64,000 nucleotides of DNA from Parasitella parasitica NRRL 2501 (taxonomy: Eukaryota; Fungi; Mucoromycota), in NCBI GenBank assembly GCA_025201805.1, contig MU619258.1:260288-324287 (forward strand), written 5' to 3'. The first letter of the stretch is position 1. Each line of letters starts with the position of its first letter. The notes below the pieces were generated by a model that saw only the letters and a list, made by a program, of their open reading frames with translations, was not told the DNA's origin and made no database searches. Below are positions 50,062 through 63,240 of this stretch, piece by piece. Position numbers and translations under genes: made by a program.

Positions 50062-53000
50062 TTTGATGAAAGTAAGTAATTGAAGAGAAAGAAGTGAAGA
50101 GAGAGCCTGGTTTTTTGTTTAAAAAAGTCAAATTTAGTTTGACACTCGATGTTTGACGGTCAGTTAATGTTTGGCTGAAATTGTGTACCTTGAGCCTTCA
50201 TAATAATTCAAGTGGCTATGTTTTGCAGAAAAATGCGTAGTAAAAGCAAGCAATTTTTTGCGCATCCCATATAGCTGTATCCTCTAACACACTATTGCTA
50301 TATCTATTGTATACTTTATCTATTGCAAAACCTTATTCGCTTTCTTTTCTAACAATCCAAGCTTGGCAGTGATTTATTTCATGTGGAGAACCTATCATGC
50401 ATTCAAAATTACTACGGATTTAAGCCACTCTCTCACTCCTTTTATGTGTAACTTGAAAGCGGATCGAGATCGAACAGTCTAATCGTTAAATTTGCAACCA
50501 TCTTGGGAATTAGAAAGTAAATAGTGCCGCACACCTTGTTGTAACACAGCTTTTTCATCATTCAATTATTTCAACGAGATACATATAAAGCAATGTTGTT
50601 AATGAATATCGAGGACAATGACTGTATCTCAGAGAAACATATCAGGATTGTTGATTTGTGATTGTAAGATCGCTTGATAGCCAACTTATAACAATAAACT
50701 AGTAAGAAAAAACTTGTCATGAAGTTTTGTATATATAACTATAGAAAATTAAAAAGTTCATACATTGATATGTGTAGAAGAGCAAGATGAATGTCAAAGA
50801 CATAGCTGCTTTTTTTTTATTATTATTTGCTTCTGAAAACATGCAAAGCTCACAATTCTGGAATTGTACAAACATTACATGCAGTATGTTTAATCTATTA
50901 TTTATTCTTTAACAATCTGCTAATTGATCGATCTACGTATGAGAGAATAAGAAGAGCCGAGTGTAATTTAGATGTAATGTTTGATGACATATAAGGTTTA
51001 ACTCAGAGTAATACCGATAGCAATATGATGAGACTAAGTGCTAACGACAAAGAATCGGGGAAACAAAGGAATTACAGGTAGAAATGGTACTCACCTTCTT
51101 CAGCGGTCTGACGAACATTGCATCGAGAAGTTGCCAAATATCGATATCAAATATATGTGTCACTGATTATTATTGTTGTATCCAACTTTTGTATATAAGT
51201 TATTTTATAGCTTGTTTTGATTTGTCTGAAGATTATAGACATATCTCTTGGTATTGTTTTTTTATATGTAGCACTGTGTTATATTCCAGATTAAATATAT
51301 AATTTATTGCAAAAACCAATTAATAAAGGGCGAATAAAACATAGAAGTAAAGATATCGAAATATAAGTAGATAAAGAGAAGAGTAAAAAGATGAGATAGC
51401 TTGAAGTCTTAAATATATGCATAATTAGGTTACCACGCAACACATTGTTCCATTTTCGATTATTGATTTATGAAGGCGCTTGCAACATGTACTTACCACT
51501 AGGTATCAAATAATCAGTAATAAGATACATCCGTTAGATATTATACCGGCCCACTTTTATAAATTGGATTTAGAAAGTATTGTAAAAGTAAACAGCTTCT
51601 TTTTAGTTGAGCAGACGGCCCAAAACACTGTGTTCGGAAGAATTCGCTTTGATATTCAAAATGAAAATGATATCAGGAGTAGGACCGTACTTTATATTGT
51701 TTACAATAAATTTGATAACAGTATTTAATGTAGTATTTAATAACTTGTATCTGCACCATCACATTTGATGCTGGCAGTTTTGTTGACATTTGGTGCTCAA
51801 AACTATAACGAGTGTTGGTACCTTTTTCTTTTTTCTACTTACAAAATCAAGCAAATATACATCATGGCTAGTTCCTTATCTCCGACTATTGGCGAAAATT
51901 CAAAAGGCAAATGTCATTCGTACGTGTATTCCAAAGACAAAGTCAATGACGTACATGCTCAAGATGTTTGTTTTGATACACTGCAGCATACTGTCAAAAG
52001 TGATGGTATCAAAGACAAAGGTGGGGTAGCCTGTGAAAATTAAGCAGAGAAAACTTGGGAGTAGCTTCAATTCTCTCCTTGCAAGTTACACATTGAATGT
52101 GTTGCGTGATATTGTGTCGAGTTTGTTCGAAGCCACAATACAATTAAAATTTATTTCACGAAGTACCATGCAATTTTTTCCCTGGTTCTTTTTCAGTATC
52201 GAATATTTTGTAGTCACTCATAGCATCCTCTCTCCTAATGTTGCTATTGTCACTGCACATTAAACATTTGCGTTCAACACAGAAGCTGTTGACAAAGTCA
52301 TTTGTACCATAGCTAGCGAGCCATATACTCGAGACACAATGTATCTAGCATTTCACTCAACGCTCTCTACAAAATGGTTCAAATGCTCCCAACAAACCAT
52401 TAAAAGACAAGGTCGAAAATGCAAATTTAACTCGATTTGAATCTGCAGGTAAACAGAGAACCAATGAGTCTGGGCGCAATGACTTGTGCTGTGTTATGTC
52501 GCACAAGAGTATAAACAGTGTTTAATTTTGAATCACTTTTCACCTTGTCGGAGCAAGCCAAGCATCACATTTAAAGTTTCCTCCAGATCAGGAACGACCA
52601 AGGCGGTAATTTAACCTTATTTTACGGCATTTGTTCATGGTAAAAGGTTTAGGTCTCCTGCTAGATCGCTGCATTATACGAAAATATGATTTCATGATAC
52701 TCAGCTTACCGTTGGTACATGTACGTAATTTTTTGGTAGAAAACATGTAATTATTTCGGGGTGTTTCATTGGTTTGTGGCTGTCCACGTACCCTGACCGA
52801 GGCATCATCCGTGCGTAACTGTAGTGGTGACATTAGAAAATTCAAACCAACTATAATGACCGGCGTACTTGCCGTCTGGGTCTGTTAATCTAGCCATACA
52901 ATTGGTTCAGGTAACGTGCTTAAGGTTATTGCTGCAATAAAAGTCAATTCTTGTAGTACATCGCTTGGTATATCATGCTGAATAAATGGTGGACTACTCG

Positions 53001-54849
53001 CCGAATGGTTGGATACCTTGATGCCTAATGGAGTCAAAAAGTAATCGGGTGGTCGCCTTTAAGCAATGTGGCCCCTATTTTAGCCAAATAATCAATATTA
53101 ACGCCCATAATTTACGATTTTGCCATGACGAATCAGGTATGTATGTAGCAAGAATAAGGAATGGAAGGGTGATGATCGTATCTGCTGTATGAGATGTACG
53201 TTAATAGCTGGTATGTGCGCTCAGATATCCCAACGATTTCAGAGTGGGTCCAACTGGTGAGTCAGCTTCTTGTTACGGAATCAAACCTTAATCTAATTAC
53301 ATTTTAGCAAATGATAAATCTGAAGGTGGAATCCCTGTTCCTGAATCATGTGTTGCACATACTGACTCGAGAGAGGAGCAAATACCGAAGATGAGTGATG
53401 TTAACCAGTGACATCGGTGAATGCAACGATGATGACAGTATGAACCTAACTGATCTCATTAAAAACTTGTGGTAAAGCTCAATAATGATGAATACGTTAC
53501 ATAAGCACAAGTGGAACCGGTATACAATACGGCCCTTGATGTGAGTTTATCCCCATATCAAATATCTTTCACCTCGACCAGTCGCAATTATAATGCTTGC
53601 CAAAAAGGTTGAATTGGAGGAATATCTATTTACTTGAGCATCGAAATTCAAGGCAAATCAATTGAGGAATTATGTCATATACATATATAAAAAAAAGGCA
53701 TTTACTCTGGAACTTTTAAAACAGGCAAAAAAAAAAATCAGGTTGAAAAGAATTGAAGCAATACATGATATTTGTCTTGCTCATGAGGAATGGTCTTCTG
53801 AATGTAAGATTTATTTTTAATTAAATATATAGTCTTATGCTCAATGATGATGATAGCTTATAGGGTCTTTTGACAGCTATATGTACAGAATTCGAAGCGT
53901 ATAACTATAGAATAAAGATACAAAGGATAAGTAAAAGACATGTAAACATCTTCGTACATTTTTACATTGAAAACAGAATTAGTATTTATATTACATTTTC
54001 ATGATATGTATTTTTTTGTAGGAATGCTTCAGAAAGGTTTGAATTTATTGTACATCTCCTTAAACCCCAACACTTATTCATTTGTAGGTCATTGTTGTCA
54101 ACAATTTATGTGGGATTACAGCAAGTTCTGAGCACAAGAGAGTGACAAATTAATTTTGGTTATTTTAGTCAACATTAATAATAAAATGTCATTTTGCAAC
54201 ATTCGAATTTGTTATTTCTGACGATCAAAGAAAAACTATATCTATACTTCTATATGTACGAATTTGTTTAGTTTTTTAAGGGAGCCAATTCTATTAAAGA
54301 GTGGGGTAAAGTAAATAAAACTTTCAGCGGATAAATAAGGATTAATTAAAATATGTACAGTTATAGAAAAAATGACAGATTCCTATACAAGTTCATGTCA
54401 TGTATCATGGATTTGTAGGAAAAAGTTATTAAGGGGTTGAATACATATAATTGGGGCAAGATTTACTGGTTCAAATCAATGCCAATCCACCTTGAAAAAA
54501 CGTGGGGTAACTATATTTGTTGAAAAACGTGCTCTTCTGATGTATTACATTTTTACCATCTTAAAGTAGATACATAACTTTGCGATTCTTATGACCAAAA
54601 AAGTCTTGTTTTTAAGTTTCTTTCAGCGTCAGACTCCCAATGCAATTTGACCGAGATTAATGCAAACATAGACAATTTACATATATATATGTTTTACATG
54701 TAAAAAGTGATGCAAATGACTTTGGTCCAATTGAAGACATTAAGGGGAGCCAAATAAAAAAACGAAAATGTATACAGATATTTTTTTCTTTTTCTTTTCT
54801 TTTCTAACATTTCACTCTTCTCTTTTTTTTCATTTTTTTTTTTTTTTTT

Positions 54850-54864
54850 NNNNNNNNNNNNNNN
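54850..54864. other. Assembly gap (N run) after a poly-T tract
   Basis: N characters in the sequence. Confidence 0.99.
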
Positions 54865-55174
54865 TCGCAACAAGCATATACAAAAAAAAAAACTCCATTT
54901 TTATTGTATCCGGAAATATTTTAATTCAATTTTTTGATTTTTTGGTACGTGAAATATCTAAATTTATTTTTAAAGAATGATCCTTGATTTTGTTTCTTCT
55001 CGCCTAAAAAAGGAGAGGAGAAAAGTAGTGATAGTAGTAATATATAACAATATCAAAAAAATATAGCCTTACTATCATTCTAAAATCAAAACATATTCGT
55101 TTAAAGATATGGCATTGAGTATCTAAACAAAAATCCTTTAAAACATAGATTCCAGCATTCATTATTAGGAAATA

Positions 55175-56737
55175 ATGACAAAAGACGATAACCACGTTAA
55201 CAGTACAGACATTCATTGTCAATATAGTGAATTTGATCATGCCGATGCTGAGTCCGATGAAAAGCAACAGAAAAGAACATCATGGTGTCTTGAAAATAAC
55301 GATGACGAGCAGCGATTAAGAGAGGAACTAATTCAAAGGGCAACCGCCCGATTGAGACGTCGTATGCTTGAGCAAGGCTTGCAGGATGTGATGCATCAAG
55401 TAGTCTCATTACAAACTCAATTAGAGACTCTGCGTGTAGATGCTGCTGCAACAATTGACATTGTATCCACTATTTTTGATGAATCAAAGACAGCTGAGGG
55501 TACACAAAAAATGAACAGGCAAATGGACGTTCTTGAAAGACGACTTGAAGCCCATAGAACCGACCTTTCTCAATTGCAGGAAACCCAACAGGAGCATCAG
55601 CCTGTTGGTGAACCAACCCGTCTTACTTCTGAAGCAATGAAGAAAACTGACTCGAATCTGACCGCAATGTCCAGACTTACATCCCATTCGCTCATGTCTT
55701 CTATTTTTGGTAGAGGTTCTGCTGCAACCAGTCGTGCAACTAGCGTAACCAGCGGAGTCAGTGAAAAATCGACCAAAAAGCATCAGCAGCAGCAACAACA
55801 GGACCCCTTTGAATCTCTTTCGACATTGGAAGACGATGATAATATCTCTCATATCGAAAGTATTGGAAATTCTGACTGGAATTCAACTTCAGCTAATGAA
55901 GAAGATCACCCATTCTACGATTTAGCAGGCAAACGCAGTTTTGGAGCTGGCAGCTTCTGTGGAAGCGTTTATCATGGCAACCAACAAGACCCTATCACGA
56001 TACCTGCTCCTTGCACCAATACAGCCGAAATTCGATCCAGACGTCGTCAACGTCGTCAGCGCCATAAGCAACAATTAGAGCAACTGCAGCATCCATCTGA
56101 AGATGATAGTTCTGTTATTTCAGATGATCTTTCTACTTTTTCATCAATCTCTGGACTTTCAATGCTCAAAACTAACGAAGTTTACATGCGTCACCCATTG
56201 TCTCCTAGCACTCCTCCACCCAATTGCACCGGCAGCTTCTTTGATCAAATCCAGCAGCAGTCAAATTTCAACGACAAGAAAGATTCTATGCTAGAATGGC
56301 TATCCAATCATGGTGATGACTACGAAAATATGGATTGTTATGTAGGAATTTATCCTCAACGCAATATACTGGATGACACTATGAGCTTTTTGGATGACAT
56401 CGGTGAAAATGGCAGTGATGGTGGATTTAGGCAAGATTTGTACCTGTTGCTCAAGAACCCTGATCTGTGTTGCCGTCCATTCTCGGAAATAGAAAGCAAA
56501 ATGAGTGAGCTCCGTCGCCAGGATACCAACCAACTTACAGTAGCCATGTTGAAAGATGTCTTGACGCTATTTAAGCCAACTTTTTGGTGTCAATTAGCCA
56601 TGAAATATTCAACCAACTTGATATATAACTTAACTTGTTCTGGCTTGGAATGGTCCCGATTTCTTAGTGTCTTGGCTGCCGCTGTCGTCATTAGTATTAT
56701 GAAGGGACCTGAAGACATCCGTCGCTCAGTTTACTAA
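55175..56737 (+). CDS. Hypothetical protein, 520 aa: N-terminal coiled coil, disordered middle, C-terminal hydrophobic anchor
   Basis: Single long ORF. Heptad-like region ~40-140, C-terminal WSRFLSVLAAAVVISIMKGP. No family recognised. Confidence 0.75.
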   Translation: MTKDDNHVNSTDIHCQYSEFDHADAESDEKQQKRTSWCLENNDDEQRLREELIQRATARLRRRMLEQGLQDVMHQVVSLQTQLETLRVDAAATIDIVSTIFDESKTAEGTQKMNRQMDVLERRLEAHRTDLSQLQETQQEHQPVGEPTRLTSEAMKKTDSNLTAMSRLTSHSLMSSIFGRGSAATSRATSVTSGVSEKSTKKHQQQQQQDPFESLSTLEDDDNISHIESIGNSDWNSTSANEEDHPFYDLAGKRSFGAGSFCGSVYHGNQQDPITIPAPCTNTAEIRSRRRQRRQRHKQQLEQLQHPSEDDSSVISDDLSTFSSISGLSMLKTNEVYMRHPLSPSTPPPNCTGSFFDQIQQQSNFNDKKDSMLEWLSNHGDDYENMDCYVGIYPQRNILDDTMSFLDDIGENGSDGGFRQDLYLLLKNPDLCCRPFSEIESKMSELRRQDTNQLTVAMLKDVLTLFKPTFWCQLAMKYSTNLIYNLTCSGLEWSRFLSVLAAAVVISIMKGPEDIRRSVY

Positions 56738-57225
56738 TTTCGCTCATTTCCCTAATACTTTCCTTATTCCAATCTTTATCCTAACCATAATCCTAACCCT
56801 ATAATTATGTATACTGCCATTTTATTTTTTCCTTTAACCTATGCCCCCTTTTTTTTTACTTTTTCATCATACCCAACCTTTTTTTTACCTTCTATATACT
56901 TGTATGTTTCTTTAATTCCCAAATGTAATATTTCTTTATGTTCTTTTCAATTAGAAATCACTCTCACTAATACTAAACTCTCTCACTTTTCTATTTCACA
57001 CAATCAATAGACGCTTCAGTCTCTCCAATATACATATATACCATTCACAACTTTTCACTCTCTCAATGATACCTATAAGTTTATTTTATTAAAGCCATAT
57101 CAAATCAGTTTATAATGCATCAAAATCATAAAGTTTTCCTCGCTCTTTATTTTAAAAAGAAAGATGAAAAACACAGGATATACAAAGAGTCTTATAAAAA
57201 AAAATACAGTGTTGTATTATTTGAT

Positions 57226-57793
57226 TTAAACACGATAGTTTTCATGAGGTTTGGTGTCAACACCAGTGATGGCCTTCATCATCTTGTCAATGGCATCTTG
57301 CTTCTTTTCGTTAGCAGCAGCACGAATTTCCTTGATTTTAGTTTCAGTTTCTTGATCAACCTTGCTAAGACTTTGATCTGATTGTCCAGAGTGCTAATGA
57401 TAAAGAATAAAGGGGGTAAATATCAAAAATAGAATATCATGAAACATATCAAGTTTTACCTGTGCAACAAAGTTTTGATATTCAGTGTTCTTTTGTGCCT
57501 TGAGCTCTTCAATTTCCTTGGCTGCTTCAGAACGAGCATCCTTCAAACGTTGAACACGGTCTACATAATCATTGGTAAACTAGAGCGTTTCCTTTGAAAG
57601 CCAACTTACATTGCTTGGCCTTTTGAACAATCTTGGAAGCTTCACGCTCAGCATCCAAGAGGGTATTGATACCTTGAGAGTTAGAAGTAGACTACAGAGA
57701 TATCAGATATGAGCATTTCCATTTCTTACATATTCATTTTTACTCAAGTAAATGTGAACGTCTACTTCTGCTTCATATTGTGATATTTACCAT
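57226..57793 (-). CDS. VMA10: V-type ATPase subunit G
   Basis: ATG-only exon at 57791-57793, then STSNSQGINTLLDAEREASKIVQKAKQY/RVQRLKDARSEAAKEIE...PHENYRV-stop. Confidence 0.95.
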
Positions 57794-58061
57794 GATTTTT
57801 TGTAATTGTTTAAATAAAAAGAAAAGAGAAAAAGTCGCGCTACTAGCTTAAGAGCCTCGAAGGGGAAATAGAAGCTAAAAAGCGTTTCATGTGGAATCGC
57901 AACTCCGGATAGAGCGATGACATCCATGCAGACACCACCCTTTGCCCGGACGTATTTCAAATTAAAGCATTCGTCCGGATGCAGAAGCAAAAATCAAAGA
58001 AAACCTTCAATGGATCCAGCAATGTAATAAATCCTCCTCTTTTATTGTCTCTATAACAGCC

Positions 58062-59573
58062 ATGGTAAGATCATATAAAGACATTCATCCATCCATCTAT
58101 CTTTTACATGTAACTTACCTGAAATAATAGTCGCACAGGTACAGTAATCAATTTCAATGATGGTTGCCATAGCAACAACTTCATCCATGTCGACCACTTT
58201 GTTTGGTTTTTTTTTTTGACATTTGATCAAGTGAAAATACATCTCATAAAGCACAGTTACTAATGTTTTCTTGATTTTGTTTATTTCTATCTATAGAAAG
58301 TTTGAGGGTTAGTTTCAAATGAATTTAATTGTTCATTCATTAAATTAACACTTATTGACATTTAGCTCCTCGTCACGGTCATTTGGGTTTCGGTCCTCGT
58401 AAGAGAACTAGATCTCACCGTGGTCGCGTTAAGGCTTACCCCAAGGATGATGCCAAGAAGCCCGTCCACATGACCGCTTTCATGGGTTATAAGGCTGGTA
58501 TGACCCACATTGTTCGTGATCTTGAACGTCCTGGTTCTAGTAAGTTTGACTAATCTACAGGCAAATGGAATCATGAGTTCTGACATTTTAAAATTAATCA
58601 AATAGAGATGCACAAGAAGGAAATCGTCGAAGCTGTTACTGTTATCGAAGCTCCCGCCATGGTTGTTGTTGGTGTCGTTGGTTACATCGAAACCCCTCGT
58701 GGTCTTCGTTCTTTGACCACTGTCTGGGCCGAACATCTTTCTGAAGAGGCCAAACGTCGATTCTACAAGAACTGGTACCGTTCCAAGAAGAAGGCCTTCA
58801 CTAAATATGCTCAGAAGTATGCTGAAGGTGCCAAGGATGTTACTCGTGAACTCGAACGTATCAAGAAGTACTGTTCCGTAGTCCGTGTCATCGCTCACAC
58901 TCAAATCTCCAAGGCTAAACTTCACCAACGTAAGGCTCACCTCATGGAAGTTCAATTAAACGGTGGTTCTATCGCTGATAAGGTTGAATGGGCCCGTGAA
59001 CACTTTGAAAAGGAAGTTACCGTTGGTTCCATCTTCGAACAAGATGAAATGATCGATATCATTGCCACCACCAAGGGCCACGGTTTCGAGGGTGTTACAG
59101 CTCGTTGGGGTACCAAGAAGTTGCCTCGCAAGACTCATCGTGGTCTTCGTAAGGTTGCTTGTATTGGTGCCTGGCATCCTAGCAGAGTCATGTACTCTGT
59201 TGCTCGCGCTGGTCAACGTGGTTATCACCGTCGTACTGAGATCAACAAGAAGATCTACCGTGTTGCCACTGGTTCTGATGCCAAGTCTGGCACTACTGAA
59301 TACGATTTGACTGAGAAGCCCATTACTCCCATGGGTGGTTTCCCTCACTATGGTGTTGTCAACGATGATTTCGTCATGATCAAGGGTTGCTGTGCTGGTT
59401 CCAAGAAGCGTGTCATCACTCTTCGTAAGTCTCTCACTGTCCACACCAAGCGTTCTGCTTTGGAAAAGGTATCCATCAAGTTCATCGATACATCTTCCAA
59501 GTTTGGTCATGGTCGTTTCCAAACTGCTGCCGAGAAGCACCAATTCATGGGTACTCTCAAGAAGGATCCCTAA
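58062..59573 (+). CDS. RPL3: 60S ribosomal protein L3 (uL3)
   Basis: Exons 58062-58064, 58131-58138, 58297-58307, 58366-58539 and 58606-59573 give [16 protein letters not shown]...[11 protein letters not shown]...[13 protein letters not shown]. Confidence 0.98.
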
Positions 59574-60071
59574 ATGCTTCATTTCAAAGTATTTTAATAT
59601 AATAAAAACTTTTTGCGATCTTTCATAAGGTGTATGTGTATGTGTTTGTATCTAGTTGTAAATGGTTCTTGAGGATTTAAAGGGAATTGACTATATTAAA
59701 TGAAGCATACTAATATACAATGAACATATACGTTCTTTATTTGCAGGTGGCACGTTTCTAATAAGAACAAATAGTTCATCTTTCTCCAATTCATGTGTAT
59801 CTACGGAATTGCTAATTGAAGCTTGTTTTATTGTTGATACTACAGAATATCCATAGATGGAGACGACACAGCATGTTTATGTGTGTGTGTGAATGATTTA
59901 TTGTTGTGTGGGCGTGAGTATCCGTTATCTGGCCTTACCCCAATTGGGTTGATAGTTTTGCATAAAAAGCCAGCCTGCTTTAGTTTCTATCCAAACCTGT
60001 TTCTAACTGTAGTTTCTTGTCTTCTTCTGCCTTTTATAAAGCTTTTGATATTAAAGACACTCTATAAACAT

Positions 60072-61430
60072 ATGGCTACCTTTTACAATTCAGCTGAACA
60101 GCAGCACCAGGAAGAGACCGACGATGAGCATTGGTTTCTTGATAACAACCTTTTGAAACAGCAAAATGAGCTGTACAATATTGTGCCTTCGAATACGACG
60201 TCCAATTCAACAGCAACCACTACAACAGCATCAAACGAGTTTAATATTGATTCATATCCTTGGCTAATAACACCTCTGTCACCACCAATTACAAAGAAAG
60301 AGCAAACAAAAACTACAGCAACATCTCCTGTTTCATATCGCTCGCCTTCTAATCCAGGAGTTGCCTGGCATTCACTTTGGAGTTCTTCTACATGGCAAAA
60401 CAACAGCAGCAGCAGCAAAGAACCACAAAAAAGAAGCCGCTCCATTTCAACAATGCAGTTGCCTTTGTCATTTTATGACGCTACTGCTGCGGACGATCTC
60501 TTTTATCGTAATGATAACAATAGCATCGGCAGTGTCAATAAATCACCTCTCCCATCTCCGCTTGCGTCGACTGGCTTCACGGCAAATGATAGTGATAAAT
60601 CGCCTACTTGGTCCTTTGGTCACAATACTCCTTTGATGAGAATAGAAGATCGTCGCCATTCAATTGCTGTAACACAGCAACACTGCGTAAGACCTATTAC
60701 GCCACCGCCTGCACTGCAAAAACCAAAGCCGAAGCATCAGCAACAACAGCAGCATCTCATACAGCAATTGCAGCAGCAACAGATAGACGAATATTTTAGT
60801 CCAACTACAATCGCTATTGATGTGCAATATTTAGGAAAAGGCGCCCCTATAGATCAATTTGAACCAAATCAAAAAGTTTATTTGGTTCAATTCAAAGATG
60901 ACTACAGATTTGATTGGTTTTATGTGCAAGAAGACGACAAAATTCGTATTCAATTGAATGAAATGGTCATTGTAGAAGCTGATCGTGGCTATGATCTAGG
61001 TCAAATCATTGAAATCAGTAATAAATCAGCATTGGAAAAAGGTGTAACATCCATTAAACGTATTTTTCGCCATGCAAATCCGGCGGAAATAGCAACTCAT
61101 CGATTAAAACAACAAGACGAACAAAAGGCTCTAGCAATATGTCAAGCAAAAATCAAGCAAAAGAATATGAATATGGAAGTTGTCGATGCAGAATATCAAT
61201 GGTACGAGAAATACTCACTTCTTTTTACTATACACATGTATGCATAAAAAAGACTTGTGCCTAACTTTTTTTGATTACGCACCCATAGGGATAGACGCAA
61301 GTTGACATTTTATTTTAAAGCAAATGAACGTATCGATTTTCGTGAATTGGTTCGCGAATTATTTAAAATCTACAAAACTCGTATTTGGATGTGTGCCTGT
61401 TCCTCATTGGCGACCGCAAAGCAAAGTTAA
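60072..61430 (+). CDS. PSP1 C-terminal domain protein
   Basis: [31 protein letters not shown]...[21 protein letters not shown] across intron 61202-61288. Low-complexity N-terminus. Confidence 0.92.
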
Positions 61431-63065
61431 ATACCCATTTGTTCCTACAAAATTATGATAATAGATTACGTTTTCGATCCAAACTGTCAACTCCCACTTT
61501 ATGTATTATCAACCATACACATTTCTCTTGACACGTTCATATACAACATATCCCCACTTTTTTTTTTTCTTCACATCAATTGCTTCTGTAAGAATAAAGT
61601 AGAATTTGCAATATTATAGTCTCAAAATCTACTCAATTTTGGCCTTCGATTTCGAATGTCAAACTTTTTTAATTCTCCTCTGCGGTCAGAAAAGAGCACA
61701 TCTTGAAGGATTGTACTTAAGCCTTAATTTACTTATAACATTTACTATATAAGATCCGCTATTTGGCATAAGGCAACAATCAGTTTTAGTGATTCTTTAC
61801 CTAAATGTATCTTATTCTATTTTTTAAAACAATAATACTAATCCAATAATTTCTTGATTTTCAACAAATTTATCTACCCTAAAAGTTTCATACTTGTTAA
61901 CAACGCTTAGAATCTAAACCAACCGCTAGCTAGATAATTATTAATTGGTTTTTTTCCCTTCTAAAATATGATAAATAATTTTCGACCCTAAACCAAAGCA
62001 ATTATCATCATAGCTGTAAACAAACATTGAATCACTCAAAAAATTTATATAGCAGAGCATACCCTCCTATCCTGACATCTTCATCCAAAAATTTATATTT
62101 GAATCAAGTTATCAAGTCTCGCCTACTCATAATTTGTCCAAATATAACAGGATATCAAGAGGTCTGTTGTATCCATATAAAGGCTACATATGTCATATCT
62201 AACTTAGTCATAATGCACGGATTGTGATAATAATTATTAGTAATTCTTTTACAAATAAGAAATCAGCTACAAGTTGTAATTGGAACCTCTTGCAAGATTC
62301 CAGGCTTATTCAAAAAATACATCTAGATCAGATCGCGGGATGTTGGGAAGACATCCTACCCAATCTTCTCTTTAATGTAAAATAGAAAGATAGGTCTGTC
62401 CTGAAAATGCTGTGATTTAATAAGGTTTGACACTTCTTGTCAAACATCAGATGTTATGTGGATAAACATTGATTGGGGTATATTTTAGTATAAATAGAGA
62501 TCATATCTTATGTCAATAAAAGTCTTCAATTTTGTATCTGGTTTTATTCAGAAACGTCTTTATTACTTTATACAAATCATATTTACATATCATTACGCTG
62601 CGCCGTTTGACACTGGCACAACAACAAATTTACATATCAGGGTTGCATAATATTGTCGGTTTTCGCCTATTAACTGAAGGTTGAATCCCATCTCAATTCC
62701 AATATTGACACTGACATTCAAATGAAATTGTATAAAGACTTTTAGAAACCAGGACCAGAGCAATCCAGGCTTCCTTTTCAACCTTTGATAAAGACCCTAC
62801 GTTCTCCGTGATATAATCGCTTGTAGTCTCCTTATTAATTGTCTTTAGAAATAATCGTTATTCATATAACTCTCAAATATAATCGATGATAGGCTTCGAT
62901 AAAGAACAAAATAAACACTGCCTTATACACTATAAGAACAGGTATAATCATCGCTATTGAGTGTAACTTAGGTTCCATTGGCCGATGTCTCTATCAAAAG
63001 TTATCTGTAAAAATAGTTTTATTTTTCAACATTGTTGAGATCTGCAAGATCGAAATAAGAAAATT

Positions 63066-63240
63066 ATAATATAAAACGTTGAATTTGTTATATCAATAAC
63101 ATGGCAAGGTCTCACATCAGGATCTCAGATCAGTCCCAGGGTCTTACAGTAAATCATGGGTAGTCATGATATACATTATGCAGCTAGACAGTAGAACCCT
63201 AGTGTAATGAATGTGTATATAATACATCGAGAGATGTATT
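63066..63240 (-). repeat. Dispersed non-coding repeat, family B (copy 2)
   Basis: Reverse complement of 24735-24910. Ends in the palindrome ATACATC-GAGA-GATGTAT. Confidence 0.85.

Noticed and set aside
56750-56805. TAACC(C/A)-like repeats resembling telomeric sequence
   Set aside because: Only two or three degenerate units in a pyrimidine-rich 3' UTR.
58150-58240. C/D snoRNA in RPL3 intron 2
   Set aside because: Only a partial C-like box (ATGATGG) and no CTGA D box or terminal stem, so it is not supportable by eye.
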